A stretch of DNA of 64,000 nt. Source: Octopus sinensis. Taxonomy: Eukaryota. This document shows, in pieces, positions 51,501-64,000 of this stretch. A program made the translations under genes and the position numbers. A model generated the notes under the pieces. That model was not told the DNA's origin. It saw only the letters and a program-made list of their open reading frames with translations, and made no database searches. Position 1 is the first letter of the stretch; each line of letters begins with the position of its first letter. The DNA lies in NCBI RefSeq assembly GCF_006345805.1, contig NC_043007.1:70432001-70496000 (forward strand), given 5' to 3'.

Positions 51501-54021
51501 ATTGTATTATTACCCAAGAAGTCTCTTTTGAAATCCTTCCAGAAAGTCTAAAGAGAGAGTTATTGAAAAGCATATCAAATTAATCATTTACAATCCCCCT
51601 TACAAGTTCTAAACAGATTCATGTGTGATGAGAAAGGGAAACTTTTTATAATTAGTGTTTAAGGGAAAACTGTAAACTGACTTCATATAAATCCATCTCT
51701 TTAAGATGTTACATTTGATCAGTTAACTTAGTCCAGAAAAACAGTCCCTATTTTGAAGGCTAGGTTTAAATTTTAGCGAGTGATACCAAAACCCGTCAAA
51801 TGTGCTAAAAATATTTTGCAAATGTTCAATGTTCACCATTTCTTGGGTAATGTGTCAAGACTAAACTCTGACAAGTGAAATTTTACAAAAATTCATTTTG
51901 AGAAAAAGATTAATGAAATTATGTTTATGAATTTGTTTTGCAAGATTCCTGATGTGTAATGAAACATTGTATTTCAGGACGGTCATTTTTTTTCCTTGCC
52001 AAAATAAACACATGCACTATATATTATTTCTTCACTAGTTTATCATTGCTCTTATTTTATCTATGTCCAATGTCTGAAAGCTTTTTGGCACACATCTGTG
52101 ACCACTTCAATGACTCTTCCTTTCCAAGTGTCTCCCCCTGTTCTGGTTAGTCCATTCTGTCTTTCTATCTAGAAAGATTTGATAGATTTCAGCATCACTC
52201 ACTAAAAATTAAACACAGCCTTTAAAATTGGGACTGTTTTTCTGGACTAAATTAAAGCGTCCAGAATGAACTAAACAAAACAAGAGGAGATGTGGGATGG
52301 TAGAGTCGATGAAGAGGTCACAAATATGACAAAAAATTTCCAGACAATGGACATAAGATAAAGTAAGAACAATAATAAATGAGCGTGAATATATGATGCA
52401 TGTCTTTATTTGGCAAGAAGAAAAAAATTACCATCCCGAAATATAACAATAGCTAATGAAATAATTATTGCAATTATTATAAATATTTACTGGACATTGT
52501 CCCATCTGATTATCATTTGCTCCGCATCTTTAGATGGAAAAAATATGAATTCTGTAGATGAGGTCAGAACAGTACTGGTACTGGAGGAGTATTTTTCATC
52601 ACGGACAAGTGAATTTTGGAAGGGGGGCCTTGCAAGTCTACCAGATAGATGGAAGAGCATTGTAGAATATATTCTTTTGTACTCTAGGCACAAGACCCAA
52701 AATGTTTTTTGGGGACAGGGGAGTTCAGTCGATTAGATCAATACCAGTATGCAACTGGAACTTAATTTACCAACTCCAAAAGGGTGAAAGACAAAGTCAA
52801 CCTTCGTGAAATTTGAACTCAGAATGTAAAGACAGAGCATATTTTAGATAAAAGAACTGTTTATCTTAATTTTGAAAAATAAAAGTATAAAAAAACCACA
52901 TTATATTTAGGATGACCCAATAAATCAACAAGTGCAGTGGTGAAGTGCTTCTATGTTCATGTCACATAATAATATAATAAATTTTTGCAAGTGGACAGCT
53001 AAACTGCAATCAAGTTTGAAATTTTTTTAATTAGAAAGTTAAATTACATTTATTCAAACATGACTGAGTCTACAATACCAGATCAATATTCTGATCAAGA
53101 TAACTGCAGCTAATATTCATTGGGAGGCCAAATGTTAATTAAATCAGGTGCAGGCATGGGTGTGCAGTAAGAAGTTTGCTTCCCAACCGCATGGCTCTGG
53201 ATTCAATCCCACTGCATAGCACCTTGGGCAAGTGTCTTCTACTAGAGCCTTGAGCCAAACCAAGCCTTCAGAGTAGATTTTGTAGATAGAAACTGAAAGA
53301 AGCTGGTCATATATCTAGGTATATTGCTTTTTGTGTTTTTGTTTGTCCCCTGCACCACTGCTTCATAACCAGTGTTGGTTTGTTTATATCCTCATAACTT
53401 AGCAGTTCAGTAAGAGAATGAAAGAATAAGTACCAGGCTTGAAAAAAAAGAGTACTGAGGTTGATTCAGTTGACTAAAAATACTTCAAAGCAGTGCCCCA
53501 TCTTGACCACAGTCTAATGACTGAAACAAGTGAGATTAAAGATTTATTTAAACATTATATTTTATTCCTGTGTTGTTAAATTGTAGGTTCATGAAGACAA
53601 GGTTGGTTTATTTATAGTTGCACATCTAATTATATTTGTACATGTGTGCATGGATGAGGACAGCTGCATAAAGTGCCTATCTCTAATTGCAGAGGGGACT
53701 TGTGGAAGAAGTAGACCCAGGAGGGCATGGAACATAGTTAAGTATGATCTTCAGATATTTAGTCTCACAGAAGTGATGACAAGTGACCAAGACCATTGAT
53801 GATTTGCTGTTTGTGAAGACACATCAAGCTAAGTGAGATCATAGTCCTGCCAGTGTCGGTGACTAGTAAAAGGTATCCATTACACTCTATGGAGCAGTTG
53901 GTATAAGGAAGGGCATCCAGCCATAGAAACCAATCCAAAACAAACTGGAGCCTGGTGTAATTCTTGGGCTTACCCATGCTACCATGAAAAACTAATGCTA
54001 AATGATGAAGACGATGTAACT

Positions 54022-54249
54022 TTAACCCTTTAGTGTTTAAACCGGCCATATCCGGCCCAAATATTCTATGTTTTATATTCAAACTGGTGATATCTAGCCT
54101 CCCACACCTAACCTACATTGACATTCTAAAAATAAACAATCGCATCACTGAAACCTTAAAAGCTATAAGATAATGCAGGATTAATTAAAAACAATTTGAG
54201 TAAAAAAATATTTACATTTAACTGAGTAATTTGAACACTAAAGAGTTAA
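54022..54249. mobile_element. piggyBac-type MITE
   Basis: TTAA-CCCTTTAGTGTT...AACACTAAAGAG-TTAA. Confidence 0.8.
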
Positions 54250-56496
54250 GCCAAAATCAAACCAAAGATAAAAATTGGAAACTCGTGTAGATTTTGAAGT
54301 TCATTCCGGAATGTGACATGGATAAAGAAACCTGTTAATTTTCATTTTTATCAATTTCCCACTGATTAAACCTTTTAATAAACTTTAAATAAGATCTTGT
54401 ATATAAACCAAAATCTAACACCACAGTTATTTCAGAACAAAACATACTTTTTAATTACGAATTTTACAGTTAATTGGAAAAAGTTTAATGAGGAATTCTT
54501 GTTTAACCCTTTTGGTACCAGCTCACCTGAAACTGCTACTGGTCCTATGATACAAATTCCCAGTTTTAAAGAGATCTAAACTAAAAATTCAATCAGAATT
54601 TCATGTTAATTTATGTGCCAAACACCTGCTTATTAATGACAGGTACTTTATTAAATCCTTAATTATTTTCAAAATTAACAGAAACAAAGGCTGTACATTT
54701 CAAGAGAAATATGGTAATGAAAAAGTTAATCAAAATTATTTTCTTCAGACAAACTAAAATAGGTAAAGTTTGCTATTTACACCTCATGTCCCATATTCAA
54801 TGTCTGTCATGTAAAGGTTTCCACAAGTTGAACTGAAAATTCATTTCTAATTCCATTACATTCTTTCTTGCCTTTTACTTCTTTGTACAAGAGACCTGTA
54901 TTCCTGCTCAGCATGCTTTCTCAAATTTCAGTAAACTGCACTGTAAAGCTATTTCCTCTCTCTTTAAATCTATACTCTTGGACTTAAATTGTCAAAATTC
55001 CTTTCCTAAATTAAGTATTTAACAGTAAGCGCCTACATCAAATAGAGAGGGAGGAGTGCATGCACATGGGGACATGCACAAGCACTCACTTGAATAGGAA
55101 CAGTGAAAACAATAGCAATTAACCAAAATTCACCAACTCCCTTGTGAGCAATATTTCGTGAACATATAAATCTCTTGGCAACAACAACAATGTTATAACA
55201 AAATAATAGTATTTAAAGCTGTTGATTTATAAACAATACAGACGGTGTACTTACAACTATAACCATACTGACTGCACACATAAACATTGGCCTTCAAGCA
55301 TAACATATATTCTGAATAATACTTTTAATATCACATCAGTCACAAAATTAAGCACAGACAATTAAGGGATACAAATATAGTTTTAACCTCTTAACTTCAG
55401 GCATTATTTCACTGACAACTAGCCACACAAGAACACTAATAAATAAAATTTAAAAATCAATTACTATTTTTACTACTTAATTCCTTGACTTCAGATAAAC
55501 TGTCCACCAAACATTTACAAACATGAAATTTTGCACTATGTGGGTGTCTAAAAATTCTCAGAGAATTCAAGCAATCTTCACAAAAATATCTAGGTATACA
55601 GAGAGAAGCTGAATAGTAATATGAAACAAAAAGATTAAACTGTCTGCAGTTAAGATTAATAAGAAAAAAATACAAAAAAAAAAACAATTAATTTTACAAG
55701 AATGCCAACATAATAACTGAAGGGTTGTTTAACCCGTTCATTACCAACCCGGCCAAAACCGGCTCTGGCTCAGTAGTACAAATGTCTTGTTTTCATAAGT
55801 TTTTAATTAAAATCTTTCATCAAACCTTAATCACAATTTATGTTCCTAACACTAGCTTAATGATAACTTAGTTATTTTACTAAATTCTTTGTTATATTTT
55901 AAAATGATTGGAAGAAACAGAGTGTCTCAAAATAAATACAGTAAAGAAAGGGTCAAATAAAACATCAACATCAACACACCAATGAAACCCCACCCCTAAA
56001 CAAAAGAAAAGTTTGGGCTTACAAACTGCCTGCATCAAACTTGCTTTTTAACAGTTTTACTTGCAACTTATTTCATTTAAAGTTAAACTTTCATTTCTGG
56101 ACAGATATTTGTATTGACTATTTATTTTATCCTAATATTTCCTTCTTTCTACCAATGGCTCTCTCTCTCTCTCTCTCCCCCAAACCACTGGCACTGAGTA
56201 GTTTTTACACTGATTAGCAACTTTCCATCACCCAAGCCTTATGTTCGGTCCTGGTTACCTATCAGCACCAATTCCCTCTCAACTAATCCATTGGATCCTT
56301 CAACAGAGAATGACAATCCATTTAAATTCCATAATTCCAAAATGTTTCAAGGTCTCAAATGTATCAACAATTCAAATGTCAAAATGTCAACAACTCCATT
56401 GTCCATGGTTACTATTGTCTACAATCAGATGATAGTACTGTATGGCTTATTATACAACTGCTTCCTTTATGCTTCTAAATTTGGAAGCTTTCCTAA

Positions 56497-56890
56497 TCTC
56501 TCTATATATAAAGCTGAAGTTGTCTGTATGGCAGGTTTGGCAGCCTTCAACTAACACTATCTCCTCCGAGACCCTGCGGCACAAGTTGACCAAAATTGAG
56601 AGTATTATAGAAGAAGGCTTGCTCCTCCTTCCATAGAAGAAAATATTCAAATTGGACCATGTTAACACCAAAAATTATTTACATCAAAATGGTGCTTTTT
56701 TTCTATGAAAATCCCTATTTTTTTTTTACTATTTTTTGACTGCTGTGTCGCCATTTTTCGGTGTATTTCAACCAGAAAAATGTTCACTTAAAGAGAATAA
56801 CAAGCTATATAATGCAAAATTTTTACTTTTCAAAAATTCCCATTCTAAAGGGCTGAAACAAACCCAAGCAATGCCAGGCAATACTGCTAG
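56497..56890 (+). mobile_element. Non-autonomous Helitron
   Basis: Near-identical to 28793-29187; TC start and CTAG|t end. Confidence 0.88.
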
Positions 56891-58756
56891 TTTGCTATAA
56901 AACAATTAGATTCTAAATTCAAATTCAGTGTATCACACTCAGTAGCCACCCATCTTTCACATTCCAGTATCAAGGTATGTAGTACCATACATCAAACTAG
57001 AGATCCCAATCATGAAATTTCAATACAAAAAAAAAAAGTTTCATTCATAATTCAGGCAAGAAATAGACATTTTCCAAATTTCTTCCAATTACATAAAGAT
57101 TGTTTCCATCAACTTCCACTTTATAAATAGAGAGAAATTCTTAAATAAATGGAGGCAGAAATGTGTATGCTGGTTTCAAGTTTTGGCACATGGCCAACAA
57201 TGTTGGGTGAGACACTAAATTGATTACATCAACCCCAGCGCACAACTGGTACTTATTTTATTGAGCTTGAAAGAACAAGAGGCAAAGCTAACATTGGCAG
57301 CATTTGAACCCAGCACATAAAGACACACAAAATGCTGCTAAGCCTTTTACCCGGCGTGCTAACAGTTCTACCAGCACTCCACCTTAGTGAAGGGCATATA
57401 TCTGAAGAAGTAAAGATAGAAGGAAAAAGAGAATTGCCAAAGAGAGCAATCCAAATCAGCCATAAAATAAAAATAAACTAGTTCTAACTTAAAATTACAC
57501 ATTTTTAATGGGGTAAGGGTGAGGGAATAGGGGGAGATGGGGACAGACAGTATAAATGAGAGTAATTTAGGAGAGCTATTTTTATCAGAATCCAACATAC
57601 AATTCCATTCAAATAAAATTCAAAATCAATGTGTAAGATTAACTGACAAATTGGAAATATAATATTCATGAGAACACATTTGTGCTATCAAGACTTCTTG
57701 GTTATAAAAATAGACAAGTTAGAACACAAGAATGTCTTAATACAGAAACAATGCCAAGTTCTGGTAATAACAAATAGCATATCCTCAATACTCTAGTTGT
57801 GAATAAGCTCAACAGATATAACTCTAAGAGGACACCAGGATGGATATATATATATAATATATATTTCATTACATTTTCAAATGATAAACAGATGTGTGTG
57901 TGTGTTCATGAAAGTAATGGACACAACTAGAAGCCATTATACTGCTCCGTATTTCTAACTACTGCAGGTAACATTCTGCCTTCGACCAAAACCTTGAAGA
58001 TGAATTTGGCAGATAGAAACTGAAAGAAGCCCATCATGTGTGTGTGTGTTTGAGTGCAGATGCACACAAGTATCTCTATCTCTTATTATAAAAGGCAGAT
58101 TTTATCTGCCTCCCTTTGGGAGTTATACAAATCTACAATATAGGATTTCTTCAATTACAATTTACCTAGCATTTTTGAGAGTACAATGCATCGCGTCATG
58201 CCAGGTCCAGTTTTTAAAATTTAAACTCCAATTAAGCAAAATTTACAGAAAACTCACATTCTGGTGTGTGTGTCAAATGCTTTTCTTAGTCTGGTTTACA
58301 CCACACGCAAACGCACACACACAGTGTGCTACGAATAAAGTGAAACTAATTCAGTGTGTTGACAGGTAGACAATAGAATGCGATGACGACTATGACGCTG
58401 ATAGATACATGAGTAAAATGTATGGGAAGCTAACACATAAGAGTGAGTGAAAATGTTCTTGGAAGAGAGTAAATAGCCAGAGAGTAATAAAGTAAACATA
58501 CACTCATACATACATACATACATACACACACACATACATACACACACACACATACATACACACATACATACATACATACTTACATATACATACATATACA
58601 TACATACATACATATATATATATACATACATACATACACACACACACAGTATTGAAGCTTGAGAACAATCAGATACATCTGCAACACATCTGTTGAAAAT
58701 ATTATTGTTCACACACATACATATACATATATACATACAGAGAGACAGACAGATAG

Positions 58757-58787
<31 letters not shown>

Positions 58788-58999
58788 ATCCAGCATGGCC
58801 ACAACCTCAAGGCTGAAACGTATAAAACAATAACAGAATATAAATGTGTGCATGTGTGTGAGAGAGAGAGTGTGTGTGTGTATATGTATGTATGTATGTA
58901 TATATATATAATAATGCGGGGGTTTTTTCAACAGCTTGAACTAAATGTCAGAGGGGAATGGGATAAACTACTTATATTAACTTGCTATAAAAGCAGGTA

Positions 59000-59512
59000 G
59001 TAATTTTATCTTGTCCTTATTCATAGTGCAAGTTTTGAAGAGTGCATTTCGATTTTAACAGCTATTTTTTTCAAAGCTATATTGGAAGTAACAAGGAGCA
59101 TATTTGGCATATTTTGCTTTATGAGTTCAATAAAGACAACAATGCAACGGAAAGTACAAGAAATATTAATGCAGTATATGGGGATTGGACAATAAGCGTA
59201 AGGCAGTGTCAATGGTGGTTCCAGAAATTCCGAGCCATAAACTACAGCCTAGAAGACGAGCCTCATCCTGAAAGATCTGTAGAACTCGACAAGGACATCC
59301 TGAAAACCCTGGTGGAACAAAATCTCATCGTAACTGTTGAGGAACTAGCAGAGAAGCTTGGATTAGGTCATTCAACCATTCATTGAGACCTGTGTGCTAT
59401 CGGAAAAGTCAGCAAATTGGGTCAATGGGTTCCTCACGAACTTTCCGAGTCTAATTGCATGCAGAGAGTGAATGTATGCTTTTCTTTGCTGTCACATCTC
59501 ACCACTACTGCG
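59000..59512 (+). pseudogene. Mariner transposase N-terminal fragment
   Basis: HILLYEFNK..NATE..RNINAVYG...QWWFQKFR...LEDEP...TVEELAEKL and KLGQWVPHEL; truncated by Helitrons. Confidence 0.85.
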
Positions 59513-59521
59513 CTATGTATA

Positions 59522-60499
59522 TCTATATATATAAAACTGTAGTTGTGTGAGTGTCTGTCCACTTCGATTTAGATTCCTAACTACTCCCACATTTTGCGGT
59601 GCAGTTTAACCAAATTCGGGTAGCTTATAGTCGTGATTCATATCGAGCCCGTCTGACTATTAGCGCGCGTCAACGATGAGTCTACGATTTTAAAAATAAT
59701 TTAACATCATTTTTTATTCCATTTTAATGCATAATTTTTCGTGTGTCGATGGCGGCGGAGTTGGCGTCCACGCTCACACCTGCACCTGTGGGGAAGGGAG
59801 TGTAAGGAAATCAACGTCGTAATGCGTTGTCAAGGAGACCAGCGTTCTTTTAGAACGACTTCATGGCTTGAAGACACCAAAACAGAAATGGCTAAGAAAG
59901 CGTCTACATGAGTCTACGATTTAAAAAAAAATTTACCATCGTTTTTTTTCCATTTTAATGCATTTTTTCGCTATTATATAAGGGAAGTAACTCTCTAAAA
60001 ATGTCTACGATGAGTCAACGATTTAAAAAAAAATTTACCATCATATTTTTTCCATTTTTAATGCATTTTTTGCTATTTTTTGGCTATAACTCTCTAAAAA
60101 TGCTTATATAGTTATTTCCCTTACAAACCCGAGCAACGCCAGGCGATACTGCTAGTATATATATAAATGGCAAAATGTCTGTGTGTGTGTCCTTTATACA
60201 AATCCACAATTTTTCAGTTAGAGGGCTCGCACTTTCTATGGTCATTCAAAACCGTCCAAGGATGGTCGTGCACATCTTTACATTTCCCCAGTGACCCTGC
60301 AAAGCCATTAAAAAATCAATAGAAGTGACTTTTTTGTGAATTTTCTATCCAAAACCCAATCAAAATGCCCGAAACTTGATATGCCAATTGAAAGCTTGCT
60401 AGCTGTATGTGATTGGACAGTACTCGCGTGTATGTGTGCACGCAGCTGTATATGCATGCACTAGCACTATGACCCGGCGTTGCCGGGTCATAGTGCTAG
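59522..60499 (+). mobile_element. Two adjacent or nested non-autonomous Helitrons
   Basis: CTAG|t ends at 60155 and 60499; perfect hairpin tatgacccggc-gtt-gccgggtcata before the second end. Confidence 0.85.
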
Positions 60500-60903
60500 T
60501 TTGATATCTGAATTGACAAAAACCTGCACTGTCAACAAACCATACACTTGTGTTGTACATTCAAAATGCATGTAAAATATGGGATTTCTACTTACAAAAG
60601 CAGGCAAAGGTTAATCATAGGAAAGGCATCCAGATGTAAAACAGTGTTTGAATAATATATTTACCCATGCTAGCATGGAAAAATACATGGTGAATATGTG
60701 TGTGTGGGTGCATGTTCATGCAGGTGCCACATAAAAAGCACCCAGTACACGCTGTAAAGTGGTTGGCATCCAACTGTAGAATTCATGCCAGAACAGACAA
60801 TGGAGCTTGGCATAGCTTTCCGGCATACCAGCTCCTGTCAAACTGTCCAACCCATGCCAGTATAGAAAATAGACATATGATGATGATGATGACAATGGTG
60901 ATA

Positions 60904-61452
60904 TTGGGTTGTCCGGAAAGTTTGTGCCGATTTTTAAAGGAAAGAAAAAGGTCAATAAATACTTGCCATTATATTTTTAATCAACCAAATATGAACCATT
61001 TTGTTGCACAATGCGTCTCCATCTTTCCTTTAACTTGAAAATACCCTCTTCCCAGAATTGAGGTGGTTTCATGGCAAAGAATTCATCAAGGTATCTTTTT
61101 ACATCATCCAAGGAATTGAAATTTTCAATATTAAGACTATTCTGCAGAGACCTGAATGAGTGGAAATCCAGAGGAGCAATATCTGGTGAATATGGAGGGT
61201 GGGGTAACACATCCCAGCCGAGCTGCAGCAATTTTTATCTGGTTCCCAAAGCATCAAGTGCCGAAAATTAACTTTCTTATCTTCCATTTTAAAGGGTTAC
61301 AGAATTAACACAGGTTATACCACAAAAACATAGCTTAAACTGTGCTCTAAATGGGGGTGCAGTCAAATCCTATTTTATGGGCTCAACTACGTTCTAAAAT
61401 AAGTTGAAAGGTAAGCTACTATAAATCGGCATGAACTTTCTGGACAACCCAA
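60904..61452 (-). mobile_element. Internally deleted mariner with intact TIRs
   Basis: ~30-bp TIRs with 3 mismatches and TA duplication; MEDKKVNFRHLML fused to HPPYSPDIAPLDFH...WEEGIFKL. Confidence 0.92.
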
Positions 61453-61849
61453 TATATATTATTACTAATAGCATTTCGGATTTACTTCAATCTACATTTT
61501 TAGTTCAAATCTTGCAACTAACACCACATTGTACAACTGATGTCCTCAAAACTTAAAAGACTTGAAAAATATCCTTTTAGTTCATATTTTCATCAACAGT
61601 TCTTAAGACGAAAACTGAAACCATGCTGCTTATCACACAGTTAAAGAAGAACTCACCGGGGTTTTCACTCTGGCCCTAATTTTGAAAAAGTACGATATAG
61701 AATCAAACAATTATTTCATATTTGCTCTGCACGAGATGCCCAAACAGATAGATAAAAAAGGTCTTCTATCAGAGCAAAAGAAAATAGAAGTAAATAAAAA
61801 ACAAGAACCAAATTTCCTCTACCTAATCAGAAAATAGACATATATATGA

Positions 61850-62035
61850 TTTGCGGGAGCAACTGTTTTCTCGAAGGTACATATTGTTGGGAATGGCTTG
61901 AAATGTGCAGTAGATAAACAGCTGACAACTGATGAAGGGTCGTTCTTTATATTACTTGTATTGTTTTCCATTTGTTTCTCTCTTTGTTCACAAAAAAAGT
62001 ATGTCTTCTTATTTCATTGTGACGTCCTGTACCTA
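61850..62035. repeat. Interspersed repeat, possibly Penelope-derived, with a second copy at 63045-63200
   Basis: gagcaactgttttctcgaagg...caactgatgaa.ggtcgttcttta in both places; the second copy precedes the hammerhead motif. Confidence 0.7.
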
Positions 62036-63293
62036 TATATGCATATATATAGGAGCACTCCATCGGTTACAACGACGAGGGTCCCAGCTGATACGATCAA
62101 TGGAACAGCTTGCTTGTGAAATTAATGCGTAAGTGACTGAGCAATCCACAGACACGTGTACCCCTAACGTAATTCTCAGGGAGATTCAGCGTGACACAAT
62201 GTGTGACAAGGCCGGCTCTTTGAAATACAGTATGTACATATATGTATGTATGTATGCCTATACATATATTTTATCCTTGTGATCGTTGCCAGAGCAGCCA
62301 GCTGGCTTCCGTACCCGTGACACATAAAAGGGCACCATTCGAGCGTGATCGTTACCAACGTCACTTCATTGGCACCTGTGTCGGTGGAATGTGTAAAAAG
62401 ATTCGAGTGAGGTCATTGCCAGTACCGCCTGACTGGCCCCTGTGCAGGTGGCACGTAAAAAGCACCCACTACACTCTCGGAGTGGTTGGCGTTAGGAAGG
62501 GCATCCAGCTGTAGAAATTCTGCCAGATCAAGACTGGAGCAGCCATCTGGTTGCCAGCCCTCAGTCAAAAGCGTCCGACCCATGCTAGCATGGAAAATGG
62601 ACGTTAAACGATGATGATGATGATTATTATGACTGAATGCCACGCATCCATTTCCAAGTAAGTTTATCTTAATTTTGATGCAACTCTTCTGTACTGTTCT
62701 CTCTCTCTCCCCGCTTTTGTTTTTCTATCTCTTCCTTTCTCTAATTCTTTTTTTCTCCCCTTCACCCTTTTCTATCTGTCCCCCTCTCTCCCTCTTCCTC
62801 CTTTACTCTCTTGTTGCTCACACGTGACCATCATTCATGTTCATTTTTCTTTTCTTTTCTTTCAGTCCATTGCATAGACCAGACATATCCTTGTCTGTCT
62901 CCTCTCCTATCTTTTCTCTGGTCAAAGAATGTTCCTCAGCATTCACCACCTTACCCTGTCTGGCTTAGCAGCCCTCATTGTTTGTTTCACTGACCTGTTT
63001 TTGTTACCAACTTTGACCCTCTGCAAAACTTTTATTTTGGTTTGCAGGAGCAACTGTTTTCTCGAAGGCACATATTGTCGTGAATTGCTCAAAATGTGAA
63101 GTAAATAAACAGCCAACAACTGATGAATGGTCGTTCTTTATGTTATTTGTCTTGTTTTCCATTTGTTTCTCTCGTTTGCAAAACAAAAGTTTGTCTTTGT
63201 ATTTCATATTTTTTTTTGTAATTGGGATTTCATGTTGTTTACGTTTTGTGACCATATATGGTTCTGTAATCATATATGCACATATATATACTA

Positions 63294-63337
63294 CTCCAGA
63301 CTGATGATGAGCAATGACTCTGAAACTAGTCTCTGGG
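63294..63337 (+). ncRNA. Type I hammerhead ribozyme motif, Penelope-like minimal type
   Basis: tccaga CTGATGA tgag-caatga-ctct GAAA C-TA-G TC|tctggg. Helix I is 6 bp; helix III is the palindrome ACTAGT; GUC cleavage triplet; U.U at the base of helix II. Confidence 0.65.
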
Positions 63338-64000
63338 TGCTGGCTTTGCTGGATGGAGGTGCTTGTCTCCACTTTGAAAACAAAAGGACACAAGAAATGT
63401 GTCAAGCCCTCCAGGAAACAGCGTTTCCTAGGGTTAAATAGCAGTAGCATTCTTCCCTTTCATGGGTTGTCACATTAAGTTGACAACATACTACCACTTT
63501 ATCATGCTGCTACTGCATAAATCTCTCAGAGATTTAGAAATGTATTATTTCTATATTTTGTTGTGTCTGGGGAGAGTCATTCTCTTTTAGTGCACTATAA
63601 TGTAACACACTCACCGGTAAAATTTCCACTTATTTCTTATTTTTATTTTCTAAAATTTTCGTTTTTTTGCGTCTTGCAACCTTTTCAATAGTTTTGACTC
63701 TCAAGACTATTGAAAAGGTTGCAAGGCACTAAAAGAGATTGACTCTCTCCAGACAACAGAATATGCTTCAACACACGAACTCGTATAAAGAATCTTGCAA
63801 ACCAAATCCCAAAACGAAATATTATTTCTATAGTTTCACAGAATCATTACAGCCTTGTAGTATTCTGAGTTCAAATTGTGCCGTGGTCAACTTCGCCTCT
63901 CATCAACCCAGGGTCAAGAGAATAAAATACTAGTCAAGAGCAGTGGATTTGGCAGAATCATAACAGAATTGAAGAAAATACCTCAAAATATCTCTTTCTG

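Overview
AT-rich, repeat-dense animal DNA, most likely octopus. This is inferred from the SINE/RTE repeat families and dense (TA)n/(CA)n/(TACA)n microsatellites, not from a database match. The only protein-coding gene I can firmly support is a minus-strand ADF/cofilin gene with coding exons at 24682-24817, 8302-8431 and 2144-2306. All junction phases match, giving about 143 aa (M-SSGVTVADEV...CRYGVFD...WSPECATIKQKMIYTSSK...*). Its ATG-bearing first exon was not located with certainty. The rest is intron/UTR filled with decayed RTE, RTE-X and CRE-like retrotransposons, several SINE families, Tigger/pogo and mariner remnants, Helitrons, and piggyBac- and hAT-type MITEs. Most ORFs in the supplied track are TE fragments or microsatellite artefacts. 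Best leads: (1) a ~75-nt structured element with box C/D-like, K-turn-type motifs, present in three conserved copies in cofilin intron 2; (2) two Penelope-type hammerhead ribozyme motifs with complete catalytic cores; (3) a candidate first exon and several orphan exon-like segments upstream of cofilin exon 2. There is no CRISPR array, rRNA or tRNA gene.
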